Source of the DNA: the human T2T-CHM13v2.0 reference genome, Homo sapiens
Assembly: GCF_009914755.1 (NCBI RefSeq)
Contig: NC_060933.1
Length of the DNA stretch: 64,000 bases
Strand: one strand, 5' to 3'
The translations under genes and the position numbers were made by a program. The notes beneath the pieces are model-generated. The model searched no databases, had not been told where the DNA came from, and saw nothing but the letters and a program-made list of their open reading frames with translations. Of this stretch, positions 12,201 to 26,600 are shown one piece after another (the first letter of the stretch is position 1; each line of letters starts with the position of its first letter).

Positions 12201-15200
12201 CCCTTCCATTCCACTCTGTTTGATTCCATTCCTTTCCATTCCACTCGAATACATTCCCTCCTATTCCACTCGGAACGATTCCATTCCATTCCATTCCATT
12301 CCATTCCATTCCATTCCATTTCGTTCCATTCCATTCTATTCCGTATCATTCCATTCCATTCCGTTCCATTCCATTCCATTCTATTCCACTCGTGTTGATT
12401 CCATTCCTTTCCATTCCATTCGGTTTGAAGGCATTCCATTCCATTCCATTCCATTCCATTCCATTCCATTGTACTCGGGTTGATTCCATTCCATTGCATT
12501 CCATTCCATTCCATTCCATTCCATTCCATTCCGTTGCATTCCATTCCATTACATTCGGATTGATTCTATTCAAATCCCTTACTCTCCATTACATTCCATT
12601 CCATACGGGTTGTTCCATTCTATTCCATTCCATTCCACTCCATTCCATTGCACTAGGGTTGATTCCATTCCATTCCATTCCATTCCATTCCGGACGATTC
12701 CATTCCATTGCATTCCGTTCCATTACATTCCCCTACACTCGCGTTCATTCCATTCCATTCCATTCCATTCAATTCCATTCCATTACAATTCGTTGCATTC
12801 CATTCTATTCCGTACCATTCCATTCCATTCCATACCATTCCATTCCATTCCATTCCATTCCATTCCATTCCATTGCATTCCATTCCATTCCATTCCATTC
12901 CATTCCATTCCATTCCGTTCCGTTCCATTCCTTTCCATTCCATTCCATTCCATTCCGTTCCGTTCCATTCCATTCCATTCCATTCTATTCGGGTTAATTC
13001 CATTCCATTCCATTCGATTGCAATCGAGTTGATTCCATTCCATTCCATTGCTTTCCATTCCATTACGGATGATTCCATTCCATTGCATTGCATTCCATTC
13101 CATTCCCCTGTACTCGGGTTGATTCCATTCCATTCCATTCCAATCCATGCCATTCCACTCGTGTTGATTCCATTCTTTCCATTCCATTCAAGTTGAATCC
13201 ATTCCATTGCATTTCATTCCTTTCGATTCCATTCTATTGCACTCGGGTTGATTCCATTCCATTGCATTCCATTCCATTCCATTCCATTCCATTCCATTCC
13301 ATTCCATTCCGGATGATTCCATTCCATTGCATTCCATTCCATTCCATTCCCCTGCACTCGGGTTGATTCCATTCCATTCCACTCCATTCCGTTCCATTCC
13401 ATTCCATTCCATTGTATTCGGGTTAATTCCATTCCATTCCATTCCCTTCCATGCCATTACAATCGAGTTGATTCCATTCCATTCCATTCCATTCCAGTCC
13501 TTTGCATTCCATTCCACTCGGGTTGATTCCATTCTATTAGTTTCCATTGCATTCCATTCCCTTCCATTCCACTCTGGTTGATACCATTCCTTTCCATTCC
13601 ACTCGAATACATTCCCTCCTATTCCACTCGGAACGATTCCATTCCATTCCATTCCATTCCATTCCATTCCATTCCATTCCATTCCATTCCATTGTACTCA
13701 GGTTGATTCAATTCCATTGCATTCCATTCCATTCTATTCCATTCCATTCCATTCCGTTCTATTCCATTCCATTACATTCGGATTGATTCTATTCAACTCC
13801 CTTACTCTCCATTCCATTCCATTCCATTCGGGTTGTTCCATTCCATTCCATTCCATTACACTCCATTCCATTGCACTCGGGTTGATTCCATTCCATTCCA
13901 TTCCATTCCATTCCATTCCATTCCATTCCATTCCGGATGATTCCATTCCATTGCATTCCGTTCCATTACATTCCCCTGCACTCGCGTTGATTCCATTCCA
14001 TTCCATTCAATTCCGTTCCATTACAATTCGTTCCATTCCATTCTATTCCGTACCATTCCATTCCTTTCCATACCATTCCATTCCATTCCATTCCATTCCA
14101 TTCCGTTCCATTCCTTTCCATTCCATTCCATTCCATTCTATTCGGATTAATTCCATTCCATTCCATTCCATTCCATTCCATTCTATTCCATTCCATTGCA
14201 ATCGAGTTGAATCCATTGCATTCCATTCCATTCCATTCCATTCCATTCCATTCCGGAAGATTCCATTCCATTGCATTCCATTCCATTCCATTCCCCTGCA
14301 CTCGCGTTGATTCCATTCCATTCCATTCCATTCCATTCCATTCCATTCCGTTCCGTTCCATTCCATTCCATTCCATTCCATTTCATTCCGTTCCGTTCCA
14401 TTCCATTCCATTCCATTCTATTCGGGTTAATTCCATTCCATTCCATTCGATTGCAATCGAGTTGATTCCATTCCATTCCATTCCATTCCATTCCATTCCA
14501 TTCCATTCCTTTCCATTCCATTACGGATGATTCCATTCCATTGCATTCCATTCCATTCCATTCCCCTGTACTCGGGTTGATTCCATTCCATTCCATTCCA
14601 ATCCATGCCATTCCACTCGTGTTGATTCCATTCTTTCCATTCCATTCAAGTTGAATCCATTCCATTGCACTCCATTCCATTCCATTCCCCTGCATTCGGG
14701 TTGATTCCATTCCATTCCATTCCATTGCATTCCATTCCATTCCTTTCCGTTCCGTTCCATTCCATTCCATTCTATTCGGGTTAATTCCATTCCATTCCAT
14801 TCCATTCCATTCCAATCGAGTTGATTCCATTCCATTCCATTCCATTCCATTCCATTCCACTCCATTCCAGTCCTTTCAATTCCATTCCACTCGGGTTGAT
14901 TCCAATGTATTCCCTTCCATTCCATTCCATTCCATTGCAATCGAGTTGATTCCATTGCTTTGCATTCCATTCCATTCCATTCCATTCCGGATGATTCCAT
15001 TCCATTGCATTCCATTCCATTGTATTCCCCTGCACTCGGGTTGATTCCATTCCATTCCACTCCATTGCGTTCCGTTCCATTCCATTCCATTTTATTCGGG
15101 TTAATTCCATTCCATTCCATTCCATTCCATTCCATTCCATTCCATTCCATTACAATCGAGTTGATTCCATTCCATTCCATTCCATTCCAGTCCTTTCCAT

Positions 15201-18200
15201 TCCATTCCACTCGGGTTGATTCCATTCTATTAGTTTCCATTCCATTCCATTCCCTTCCATTCCACTCTGGTTGATACCATTCCTTTCCAATCCACTCGAA
15301 TACATTCCCTCCTATTCCACTCGGAACGATTCCATTCCATTCCATTCCATTCCATTCCATTGCATTCCATTCCATTTCGTTCCATTCCATTCTATTCCGT
15401 ATCATTCCATTCCATTCCATTCCATTCCATTCCATTCCACTCGTGTTGATTCCATTCCTTTCCATTCCATTCGGTTTGAAGGCATTCCATTCCATTCAAT
15501 TCCATTCCATTCCATTCCATTCAGTTCCGTTCCATTCCATTCCATTCCGTTCTATTCGGGTTAATTCCATTCCATTCCATTCGATTGCCATCGAGTTGAT
15601 TCCATTCCATTCCATTCCATTCCATTCCATTCCATTCCATTCCTTTCCATTCCATTACGGATGACTCCATTCCATTGCATTCCATTCCATTCCATTCCCC
15701 TGTACTCGGGTTGATTCCATTCCATTCCATTCCACTCCATTCGGTTCCGTTGCATTCCATTCTATTCGGGTTAATTCCATTCCATTCTATTCCATTCCAT
15801 TCCATTCCATTCCATTGCAATCGAGTTGATTCCATTCCATTCCATTGCATTCCGGATGATTCCATTCCACTGCATTCCATTCCATTCCATTCCCCTGCAC
15901 TCGTGTTGATTACATTCCATTCCATTCCATTCCGTTCCATTCCATTCCATTCCATTCTATTCCGGTTAATTCCATTCCATTCCATTCCATTCCATTGCAA
16001 TCGAGTTGTTTCCATTCCATTCCTTTCCATTCCATTCCATTGCCTTGCATTCCACTCGGGTTGATTCCATTCCCTTCTTTCCACTCCATTACATTCCCTT
16101 CCATTCCACTCGGAATGATTGATTCCATTCCATTCCATTCCATTTCATTCCATTGCAATCCATTCCAATCCATTCCATTCCATTCCATTCCACTCGAGTT
16201 GACTTCATTCCATTCCTTTCCATTCCATTCCATTCCTTTCCACTCGAGTTGATTCCATTCCATTCCAATCCATTGCATTCCATTCCATGCCATTCCACTC
16301 GGGTTGATTCCATTCCTTTGCATTCCATTCCATTCCATTCCATTCCATTCCATTCCATTCCCCTGCACTCGCGTTGATTCCATTCCATTCCATTCCATTC
16401 CATTGCATTCCCTTCCGTTCCGTTCCGTTCCGTTCCATTCCATTCCATTCCATTCCATTCCGTTCCGTTCCGTTCCATTCCATTCCATTCCATTCTATTC
16501 GGGTTAATTCCATTCCATTCCATTCGATTGCAATCGTGTTGATTCCATTCCATTCCATTCCATTCCATTCCATTCCATTCGATTCCATTCCATTCCAATT
16601 CATTCCATTACATTCTATTCCGTACCATTCCATTCCATTCCATACAATTCCATTCCATTCCATTCCACTCCGTTCCGTTCCGTTCCGTTCCGTTCCGTTC
16701 CATTCCATTCCATTCCATTCTATTCGGTTTAATTCCATTCCATTCCATTCCATTCCTTTTCATTCCATTACGGATGATTCCATTCCATTGCATTCCATTC
16801 CATTCCATTCCCCTGTACTCGGGTTGATTCCATTCCATTCCATTCCAATCCATGGCATTCCACTCGTGTTGATTCCATTCTTTCCATTCCATTCAAGTTG
16901 AATCCATTCCATTGCATTCCATTCCATTCGATTCCATTCGATTGCACTCGGGTTGATTCCATTACATTGCATTCCATTCCATTCCATTCCATTCCGTTCC
17001 ATTCCATTCCATTACATTCGGATTGATTCTATTCAATTCCCTTACACTCCATTACATTCCATTCCATTCGGGTAGTTTCCATTCCATTCCATTCCATTCC
17101 TCTCCATTCCATTGCACTCGGGTTGATTCCATTCCATTGCATTCCATTCCATTCCATTCAATTCCATTCCGTTCCATTCCATTCCATTACATTCGGATTG
17201 ATTCTATTCAACTCCCTTACTCTCCATTACATTCCATTCCATTCGGGTTGTTCCATTCCATTCCATTCCATTCCACTCCATTCCACTGCACTCGGGTTGA
17301 TTCCATTCCATTCCATTCCATTCCATTCCATTCCATTCCATTGTGGAAGATTCCATTCCATTGCATTCCATTCCATTCCATTCCCCTGCACTCGCGTTGA
17401 TTCCATTCCATTCCATTCTATTCCATTCCATTCCCTTCCTTTCCGTTCCATTCCATTCCATTCCATTCCATTCCGTTCCGTTCCGTTCCTTTCCATTCCA
17501 TTCCATTCCATTCTATTTGGGTTAATTCCATTCCATTCCATTCGATTGCAATCGAGTTGATTCTATTCCATTCCATTCCATTCCATTCCATTCCATTCCA
17601 TTCCATTCCTTTCCATTCCATTACGGATGATTCCATTCCATTGCATTCCATTCCATTCCATTCCCCTTTACTCGGGTTGACTCCATTCCATTCCATTCCA
17701 ATCCATGCCATTCCACTCGTGTTGATTCCATTCTTTCCATTCCATTCAAGTTGAATCCATTCCATTGCATTCCATTCCATTCCATTCCCCTTCAGTCTGG
17801 TTGATTCCATTCCATTCCATTCCATTCCATTCCGTTCCGTTCCGTTCCATTCCATTCCATTCCATTCTATTCGGGTTAATTCCATTCCATTCCATTCCAT
17901 TCCATTCCATTCCATTCCATTCCAATCGAGTTGATTCCATTCCATTCCATTCCATTCCATTCCACTCCATTCCAGTCCTTTCCATTCCATTCCACTCGGG
18001 TTGATTCCAATGCATTCCTTTCCATTCCATTCCATTCCATTCCATTGCAATCGAGTTGATTCCATTTCTTTGCATTCCATTCCATTCCATTCCATTCCGG
18101 ATGACTCCATTCCATTGCATTCCATTCCATTGCATTCCCCTGCACTCGGGTTGATTCCATTCCATTCCACTCCATTCCGTTGCATTCCATTCCATTCCAT

Positions 18201-20600
18201 TGTATTCGGGTTAATTCCATTCCATTCCATTCCATTCCATTACAATCGAGTTGATTCCATTCCATTCCATTCCATTCCATTCCAGTCCTTTCCATTCCAT
18301 TCCACTCGGGTTGATTCCATTCTATTAGTTTCCATTCCATTCCGTTCCCTTCCATTCCACTCTGGTTGATTCCATTCCTTTCCATTCCACTCGAATACAT
18401 TCCCTCCTATTCCACTCGGAACGATTCCATTCCATTCCATTCCATTCCATTCCATTCCATTCCATTTCGTTCCATTCCATTCTATTCCGTATCATTCCAT
18501 TCCATTCCATTCCATTCCATTCCATTCCATTCCACTCGTGTTGATTCCATTCCTTTCCATTCCATTCGGTTTGAAGGCATTCCATTCCATTCCATTCCAT
18601 TCCATTCCATTCCATTCCATTCCATTCCATTCCATTGTACTCGGGTTGATTCCTTTCCATTGCATTCCATCCCATTCCATTCAATTCCAATCCGTTGCAT
18701 TCCATTCCATTACATTCGGATTGATTCTATTCAACTCCCTTACTCTCCATTACATTCCATTCCATTCGGGTTGTTCCAATCCATTCCATTCCATTCCACT
18801 CCATTCCATTGAACTCGGGTTGATTCCATTCCTTTCCATTCCATTCCATTCCATTCCGGATGATTCCATTCCATTGCATTCCGTTCCATTACATTCCCCT
18901 GCACTCGCGTTGATTCCATTCCATTCCATTCCATTCCATTCCATTCAATTCCATGCCATTACAATTCGTTCCATTCCATTCTATTCCGTACCATTCCATT
19001 CCATTCCATACCATTCCATTCCATTCCATTCCATTCCATTCCATTTCGTTCCATTCCGTTCCATTCCATTCCATTCCATTCTATTCGGGTTAATTCCATT
19101 CCATTCCATTCCATTCCATTCCATTCCATTCCATTCCAATCTATTCCATTCCATTGCAATCGAGTTGAATCCATTGCATTTCATTCCATTCCATTCCATT
19201 CCATTCCATTGCAATCGAGTTGAATCCTTTGCATTTCATTCCATTCCATTCCATTCCATTCCATTCCGGAAGATTCCATTCCATTCCATTCCATTCCATT
19301 CCATTCCGGAAGATTCCGTTCCATTTCATTCCATTCCATTCCATTCCATTCCATTCCGTTCCGTTCCATTCCATTCCATTCCATTCTATTCGGGTTAATT
19401 CCATTCCATTCCATTCGATTGCAATCGAGTTGATTCCATTCCATTCCATTCCATTCCATTCCATTCCATTCCATTCCAATCGAGTTGATTCCATTCCATT
19501 CCATTCCATTCCATTCCACTCCATTCCAGTCCTTTCCATTCCATTCCACTCGGGTTGATTCCATTCTATTCCTTTCCATTCCATTCCATTCCATTGCAAT
19601 CGAGTTGATTCCATTGCTTTGCATTCCATTCCATTCCATTCCATTCCGGATGATTCCATTCCATTGCATTCCATTCCATTCCATTTCACTGCACTCGGGT
19701 TGATTCCATTCCATTCCACTCCATTCCCTTCCATTCCATTCCATTCCATTGTATTCGTGTTAATTCCATTCCATGCCATTTCATTCCATTCCATTCCCTT
19801 CCATTCTATTACAATCGAGTTGATCATTCCATTCCATTCCATTCCAGTCCTTTCCATTCCATTCCACTCGGGTTGATTCCATTCTATTAGTTTCCATTCC
19901 ATTCCATTCCCTTCCATTCCACTCTTTTTGATTCCATTCCTTTCCATTCCACTCGAATACATTCCCTCCTATTCCACTCGGAACGATTCCATTCCATTCC
20001 ATTCCATTCCATTCCATTCCATTCCATTCCATTTCCTTCCATTCCATTCTATTCCGTACCATTCCATTCCATTCCATTCCTTTCCATTCCATTCCATTCC
20101 ATTCCACTCTTGTTGATTCCATTCCTTTCCATTCCATTCGGTTTGAAGGCATTCCATTCCATTCAATTCCATTCCATTCCATTCCATTCCATTCCATTCC
20201 ATTCCATTCCATTGTACTCGGGTTGATTCCATTCCATTGCATTCCATTCCATTCCATTCCATTCCATTCCATTCCGTTGCATTCCATTCCATTACATTCG
20301 GACTGATTCTATTCAAATCTCTTACTCTCAATTCCATTCCATTCCATTCGGGTTGTTCCATTCCATTCCATTCCATTCCACTCCATTCCATTGCACTCGG
20401 GTTGAATCCATTCCATTCCATTCCATACCATTCCATTCCATTCCATTCCATTACATTCGGATTGATTCTATTCAATTCCCTTACACTCCATTACATTCCA
20501 TTCCATTCGGGTAGTTTCCATTCCATTCCTCTCTATTCCATTGCACACGGGTTGATTCCATTCCATTCCATTCCATTCCGGAAGATTCCATTCCATTGCA
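9281..20600 (-). repeat. Variant-A HSat3 domain in inverted orientation
   Basis: Reverse complements of block-1 motifs: CCCTTACTCTCC, GGGTTGTTCC, TCAAGTTGAATCC, GGAAGATTCC, CATTCCCTCCTATTCCACTCGGAACG. Confidence 0.8.
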
Positions 20601-23600
20601 TTCCATTACATTCCATTCCCCTGCACTCGCGTTGATTCCATTCCATTCCATTCCATTCCATTGCGTTCCATTGCATTCCATTGCATTCCATTCCCCTGCA
20701 CTCAGGTTGATTCCATTCCATTCCATTCCATTCCATTCCATTCCATTCCATTCCATTCCATTCTATTCGCGTTAATTCCATTCCACTCCATTCCATTACA
20801 TTCCATTGCAATGGACTTGATTCCATTCCATTCCATTCCATTCCATTCAAGTCCTTTCCATTCCATTCCACTCGTGTTGATTCCATTTTATTAGTTTCCA
20901 TTCCATTCCATTCCCTTCCATTCCACTCTGGTTGATTCCATTCCTTTCCATTCCACTCGAATTCATTCCCTTCTATTCCACTCGGAATGGTTCCATTCCA
21001 TTCCGTTCCATTCCATTCCATTCCATTCCATTTCGTTCCATTCCATTTTATTCCGTACCATTCCATTCCATTCCATTCCATTCCATTCCATTCCATTCCA
21101 TTCCATGCCATTCCACTCGGGTTGATTCCATTGCTTTCCATTCCATTTGGGTTGAATCCATTCCATTCCATTCCATTCCATTCCATTCCATTCCATTCCA
21201 TTCAATTGCACTTGGTTTGATTCCATTCCACTGCATTCCATTCCATTCCATTCCATTCCATTCCATTCCATTCCATTCCATTCCCCTGCACTCGTGTTCA
21301 TTCCATTCCATTCCATTTACTTCCATTCCATTCCATTCCATTCTATTACATTCTATTCGGATTAATTCCATTCCATTCCATTCCATTCCATTCCATTCCA
21401 TTCCATTCCATTCCATTCCATTGCAATAGAGTTGATTCCATTCCATTCCATTCCATTCCGGATGATTCCATTCCATTGCCTTCAATTCCATTCCATTCCC
21501 CTGCACTCGGGTTGATTCCATTCCATTCCATTCCATTCCATTCCATTCCATTTCATTCCGTTCCATTTCGTTCCGTTCCATTCTGTTCCGTACCATTCCA
21601 TTCCATTCCATTCCATTCCATTCCATTCCATTCCATTCCATTCCATTCTATTCGGGTTAATTCCATTCCATTCCATTCCATTCCATTCCATTCCATTCCA
21701 TTCCATTCCATTGCAATCGAGTTGATTCCATTCCATTCCATTCAATTCCGGATGATTCCATTCCATTGCCTTCAATTCCATTCCATTCCCCTGCACTCGG
21801 GTTGATTCCATTCCATTCCATTCCATTTCATTCCATTCCATTTCGTTCCATTCCATTCTATTCCGTACCTTTCCATTCCATTCCATTCCATTCCATACCG
21901 TTCCATTCCGTTCCATTCCATTCCATTCCATTCCATTCCATTCTATTCCATTCCATTCCTTTCCATTCCATTCAATTCCATTCTATTCCGGTTAATTACA
22001 TTCCATTCCATTCCATTACATTCCATTTCATTGCAATCGAGTTGATTCCATTGCATTCCATTCCATTCCATTCCAGTCCTTTCCATTCCATTCCACTCAG
22101 GTTGATTCCATTCTATTCCTTTCCATTCCATTCGATTGCATTCCATTCCACTCGATTCCATTCCATTCCATTCTGGTTGATTCCATTCCTTTTCATTCCA
22201 CTCGAAAACATTCCCTTCTATTCCACTCGGAATGATTCCATTCCATTCCAATCCATTCCATTCCATTTCGTTCCATTACATTCTATTCTGTACCATTCCA
22301 CTCCATTCCATTCCATTCCATTCCATGCCATTCCTCTTGGGTTGATTCCATTCCTTTCCATTCCATTCGGGTTGAATCCATTCCATTCCATTCCTTTCCA
22401 TTCCATTCCATTCCATTGCACTCGGGTTGATTCCATTCCATTCCATTCCGTTCCATTCCGGATGACTCCATTCCATTGCATTCCATTCCATTCCATTCCC
22501 CTGCACTCGGTTTCATTACATTCCATTCCATTCACTTCCATTCCATTCCATTCCATTCCATTCCATTCCATTCCATTCCATTCCATTTCAATCGAGTTGA
22601 TTCCATTCCATTCCATTCCATTCCATTCAATTCCGAATGATGTCATTCCATTGCCTTCCATTCCATTCCATTTCCCTGCACTCGGGTTGATTCCATTCCA
22701 TTCCATTCCATTCCATTCCATTGCATTCCATTCCATTTCGTTCCATTCCATTCTATTCCGTACCATTCCATTCGATTGCACTCGGGTTGATTCCATTCCA
22801 TTCCATTCCATTCCATTTCCTTCCATTCCATTCCATTCCATTCCATTCCATTCTATTAGGGTTAATTCCATTACATTCCATTCCATTCCATTCCATTCCA
22901 TGCCATTGCACTCGGGTTGATTCCATTCCTTTCCATTCCATTCGAGTTGAATCCATTCCATTCCATTCCATTCCATTCCATTCCATTCCATTGCACAAGG
23001 GTTCATTCCATTCCATTCCATTCCATTCCATTTCGTTCCATTCCATGCTATTCCATACCATTCCATTCCATTCCATTCCATTAGACTCCATTCCATGCCA
23101 TTCCACTCGGGTTTATTCCATTCCTTTCCATTCCATTCGGGTTTAATCCATTCCATTCCATTCCATTCCATTCCATTCGATTCCATTACATTGCACTCGT
23201 GTTCTTTCCATTCCATTCCATTCCATTCCATTCCATTCCTTTCCGTTCCATGCCATTCCACTCGGGTTGATTCCATTCCATTCCATTCCATTCGAGTCGA
23301 ACCCGTTCCATTCCATTCCATTCCATTCCATTCCATTCCATTCCATTGCACACGGTTTCATTCCATTCCATTCCATTCCATTCTATTCCATTTCGTTCCA
23401 TTCCATTCTATTCCGTACCATTCCATTCCATTCCATTCCATTCCACTCCATTTCATTCCATTCCATGCCATTCCACTCGGGTTTATTCCATTCCTTTCCA
23501 TTCCATTCGGGTTGAATCCATTCCTTTCCATTCCATTCCGTTCAATTCCATTCCATTGCACTCGGGTTGATTCCATTCCATTCCATGCCATTCCATTTCA

Positions 23601-26600
23601 TTCCGTTCCATTCCATTCCATTACATTCGGATTGATTCTTTTCAATTCCCTTACACTCCATTACATTCCATTCCACTCGGGTAGTTTCCATTCCATTCGA
23701 TTCCATTACACTCCGTTGCATTGCACTCGGGTTGATTGATTCCATTCCATTGCATTCCATTCCATTCAATTCCATTCCGGATGATTCCATTCCATTGCAT
23801 TCCATTCCATTCCATTCCCCTGCACTCGGGTTGATTCCATTCCATTCCATTCCATTCAATTCCGTTCCATTCCATTCCATTCCATTCCATTCCATTCCAT
23901 TCCATTCTGTTCAGGTTAATTCCATTCCATTCCCTTCCCTTCCATTCCATTCCATTCCATTCCATTCCATTCCATTCCATTGCAATCTAGTTGATTCCAT
24001 TGCATTCCATTCCATTCCATTCCATTGCATTCCATTGCATTCCATTCCCCTGCACTCAGGTTGATTCCATTCCATTCCATTCCATTCCATTCCATTCTAT
24101 TCGGGTTAATTCCATTCCATTCCATTCCCTTACATTCCATAGCAATCGAGTTGATTCCATTCCATTCCATTCCATTCCATTCCATTCCATTCAAGTCCTT
24201 TCCATTCCATTCCACTCGTTTTGATTCCATTTTATTAGTTTCCATTCCATTCCATTCCCTTCCATTCCACTCTGGTTGATTCCATTCCTTTCCATTCCAC
24301 TCGAATTCATTCCCTTCTATTCCACTCGGAATGATTGCATTCCATTCCATTCCATTCCATTCCATTCCATTCCATTTCGTTCCATTGCATTCTATTCCGT
24401 ACCATTCCATTCCATTCCATTCCATGCCATTCCACTCGGGTTGATTCCATGGCTTTCCATTCCATTTGGGTTGAATCCATTCCATTCCATTCCATTCCAT
24501 TCCATTCCATTCCATTCCATTCCATTCTATTCCATTGCACTAGGTTTGATTCCATTCCACTGCATTCCATTCTATTCCATTCCATTCCATTCCGTTCCAT
24601 TCCATTCCATTCCATTACATTCGGATTGATTGTATTCAATTCCCTTACACTCCATTTCATTCCATTCCATTCAGGTTGTTTCCATTCCATTCCAATCCAT
24701 TCCACTCCATTCCATTGCACTCGGGTTGATTGCATTCCATTCCATTCCATTCTATTCCATTTCTTTCCATTCCATTCTATTCGGGACCATTCCATTCCAA
24801 TCCATTCCATTCCATGCCATTCCACTTGGGTTGATTCCCTTCCTTTCCATTCCATTCGGGTTGAATCCATTCCATTCCATTCCATTGCATTCCATTCCTT
24901 TCCATTCCATTGCACACGGGTTGGTTCCATTCCGTTCCTTTCCGTTCCATTCCGGATGACTCCATTCCATTGCATTCCATTCCATTCCATTCCATTCCCC
25001 TGCGCTGGGGTTCATTACCTTCCATTCCATTTACTTCCATTCCATTCCATTCCATTCTATTCGGGTTAATCCCATTCCATTCCATTCCATTCCATTCCAT
25101 TCCATTCCATTCCATTGCAATCGAGTTGATTCCATTCCATTCCATTCAATTCCGGATGATTCCATTCCATTGCCTTCAATTCCATTACATTCCCCTGCAC
25201 TCGGGTTGATTCCATTCCATTCCATTCCATTCCATTCCGTTTCATTCCATTCCATTTCCTTCCTTTCCTTTCTATTCCGAACCATTCCATTCCATTCCAT
25301 TCCATTCCATTCCATGCCATTCCACTCGGGTTGATTCCATTCCTTTCCATTCCATTCGAGTTCAGTCCATTTCAATCCATTCCATTCCTTTCCATTCCAT
25401 TCCATTGCACACGGGTTCATTTCATTCCATTCCATTCCATTCCATTCCATTCCATTCCATTCCATTTCCTTCCATTCCATTCTATTCCGTACCATTCCAT
25501 TCCATTCCATTCCATTCCATTCCATTCCATTCCACTCCATTCCATGCCATTCCACTCGGGTTTATTCCATTCCTTTCCATTCCATTCTGGTTGAATCCAT
25601 TCCATTCCATTCCATTCCATTCCATTCCATTCCATTGCACTCGGGTTGATTCCATTCCATTCCATTCCTTTACATTTCATTCCATTCCACTCCATTCCAT
25701 GCCATTCCACGCGGGTTTATTCCATTCCTTTCCATTACATTCGTGTTGAATGCATTCCATTCCATTCCATTCCATTCGATTCCATTACACTGCACTCGGG
25801 TTGATTCCATTCCATTCCATTACATTACATTTCATTCCATTCCATTCCATTCCATTCCATTCCATTCCATTCCATGCCATTCCACTCGTGTTGATTCCAT
25901 TCCTTTCCATTCCATTCGAGTTGAACCCATTCCATTCCATTCCATTCCATTCCATTCCATTCCATTCCATTGCACACGGGTTCATTCCATTCCATTCCAT
26001 TCCATTCCGTTCCATTCCATTCCTTTCCATTCCATTCCGTTCCATTCCATTCCATTCCATTCTGTTCAGGTTAATTCCATTCTATTCCTTTCCCTTCCAT
26101 TCCATTCCATTCCATCCCATTGCAATCGAGTTGATTCCATTGCATTCCATTCCATTACATTCCATTGCATTCCATTCCATTCCATTCCCCTGCACTCAGG
26201 TTGATTCCATTCGATTCCATTCCATTCCATTCCATTCCGTTCCTTTCCATTCCATTCCATTCTATTCGCGTTAACTGCATTCCATTCCATTCCATTACAT
26301 TCCATTGCAATCGAGTTGATTCCATTCCATTCCGTTCCATTCCATTCCATTCCATTCCATTTCGGTCCATTCCGTTCTATTCCGTTCCATTCCATTCCAT
26401 TCCATTCCATTCCATTCCATTCCATGCCATTCCACTCCGGTTGATTCCATTGCTTTCCATTCCATTTGGATTGAATCCATTCCATTCCATTCCATTCCAT
26501 TCCATTCCATTCCATTCCATTGCACTAGGTTTGATTCCATTCCACTGCATTCCATTCCATTCCATTCCATTCCGTTCCATTCCATTCCATTACATTCGGA

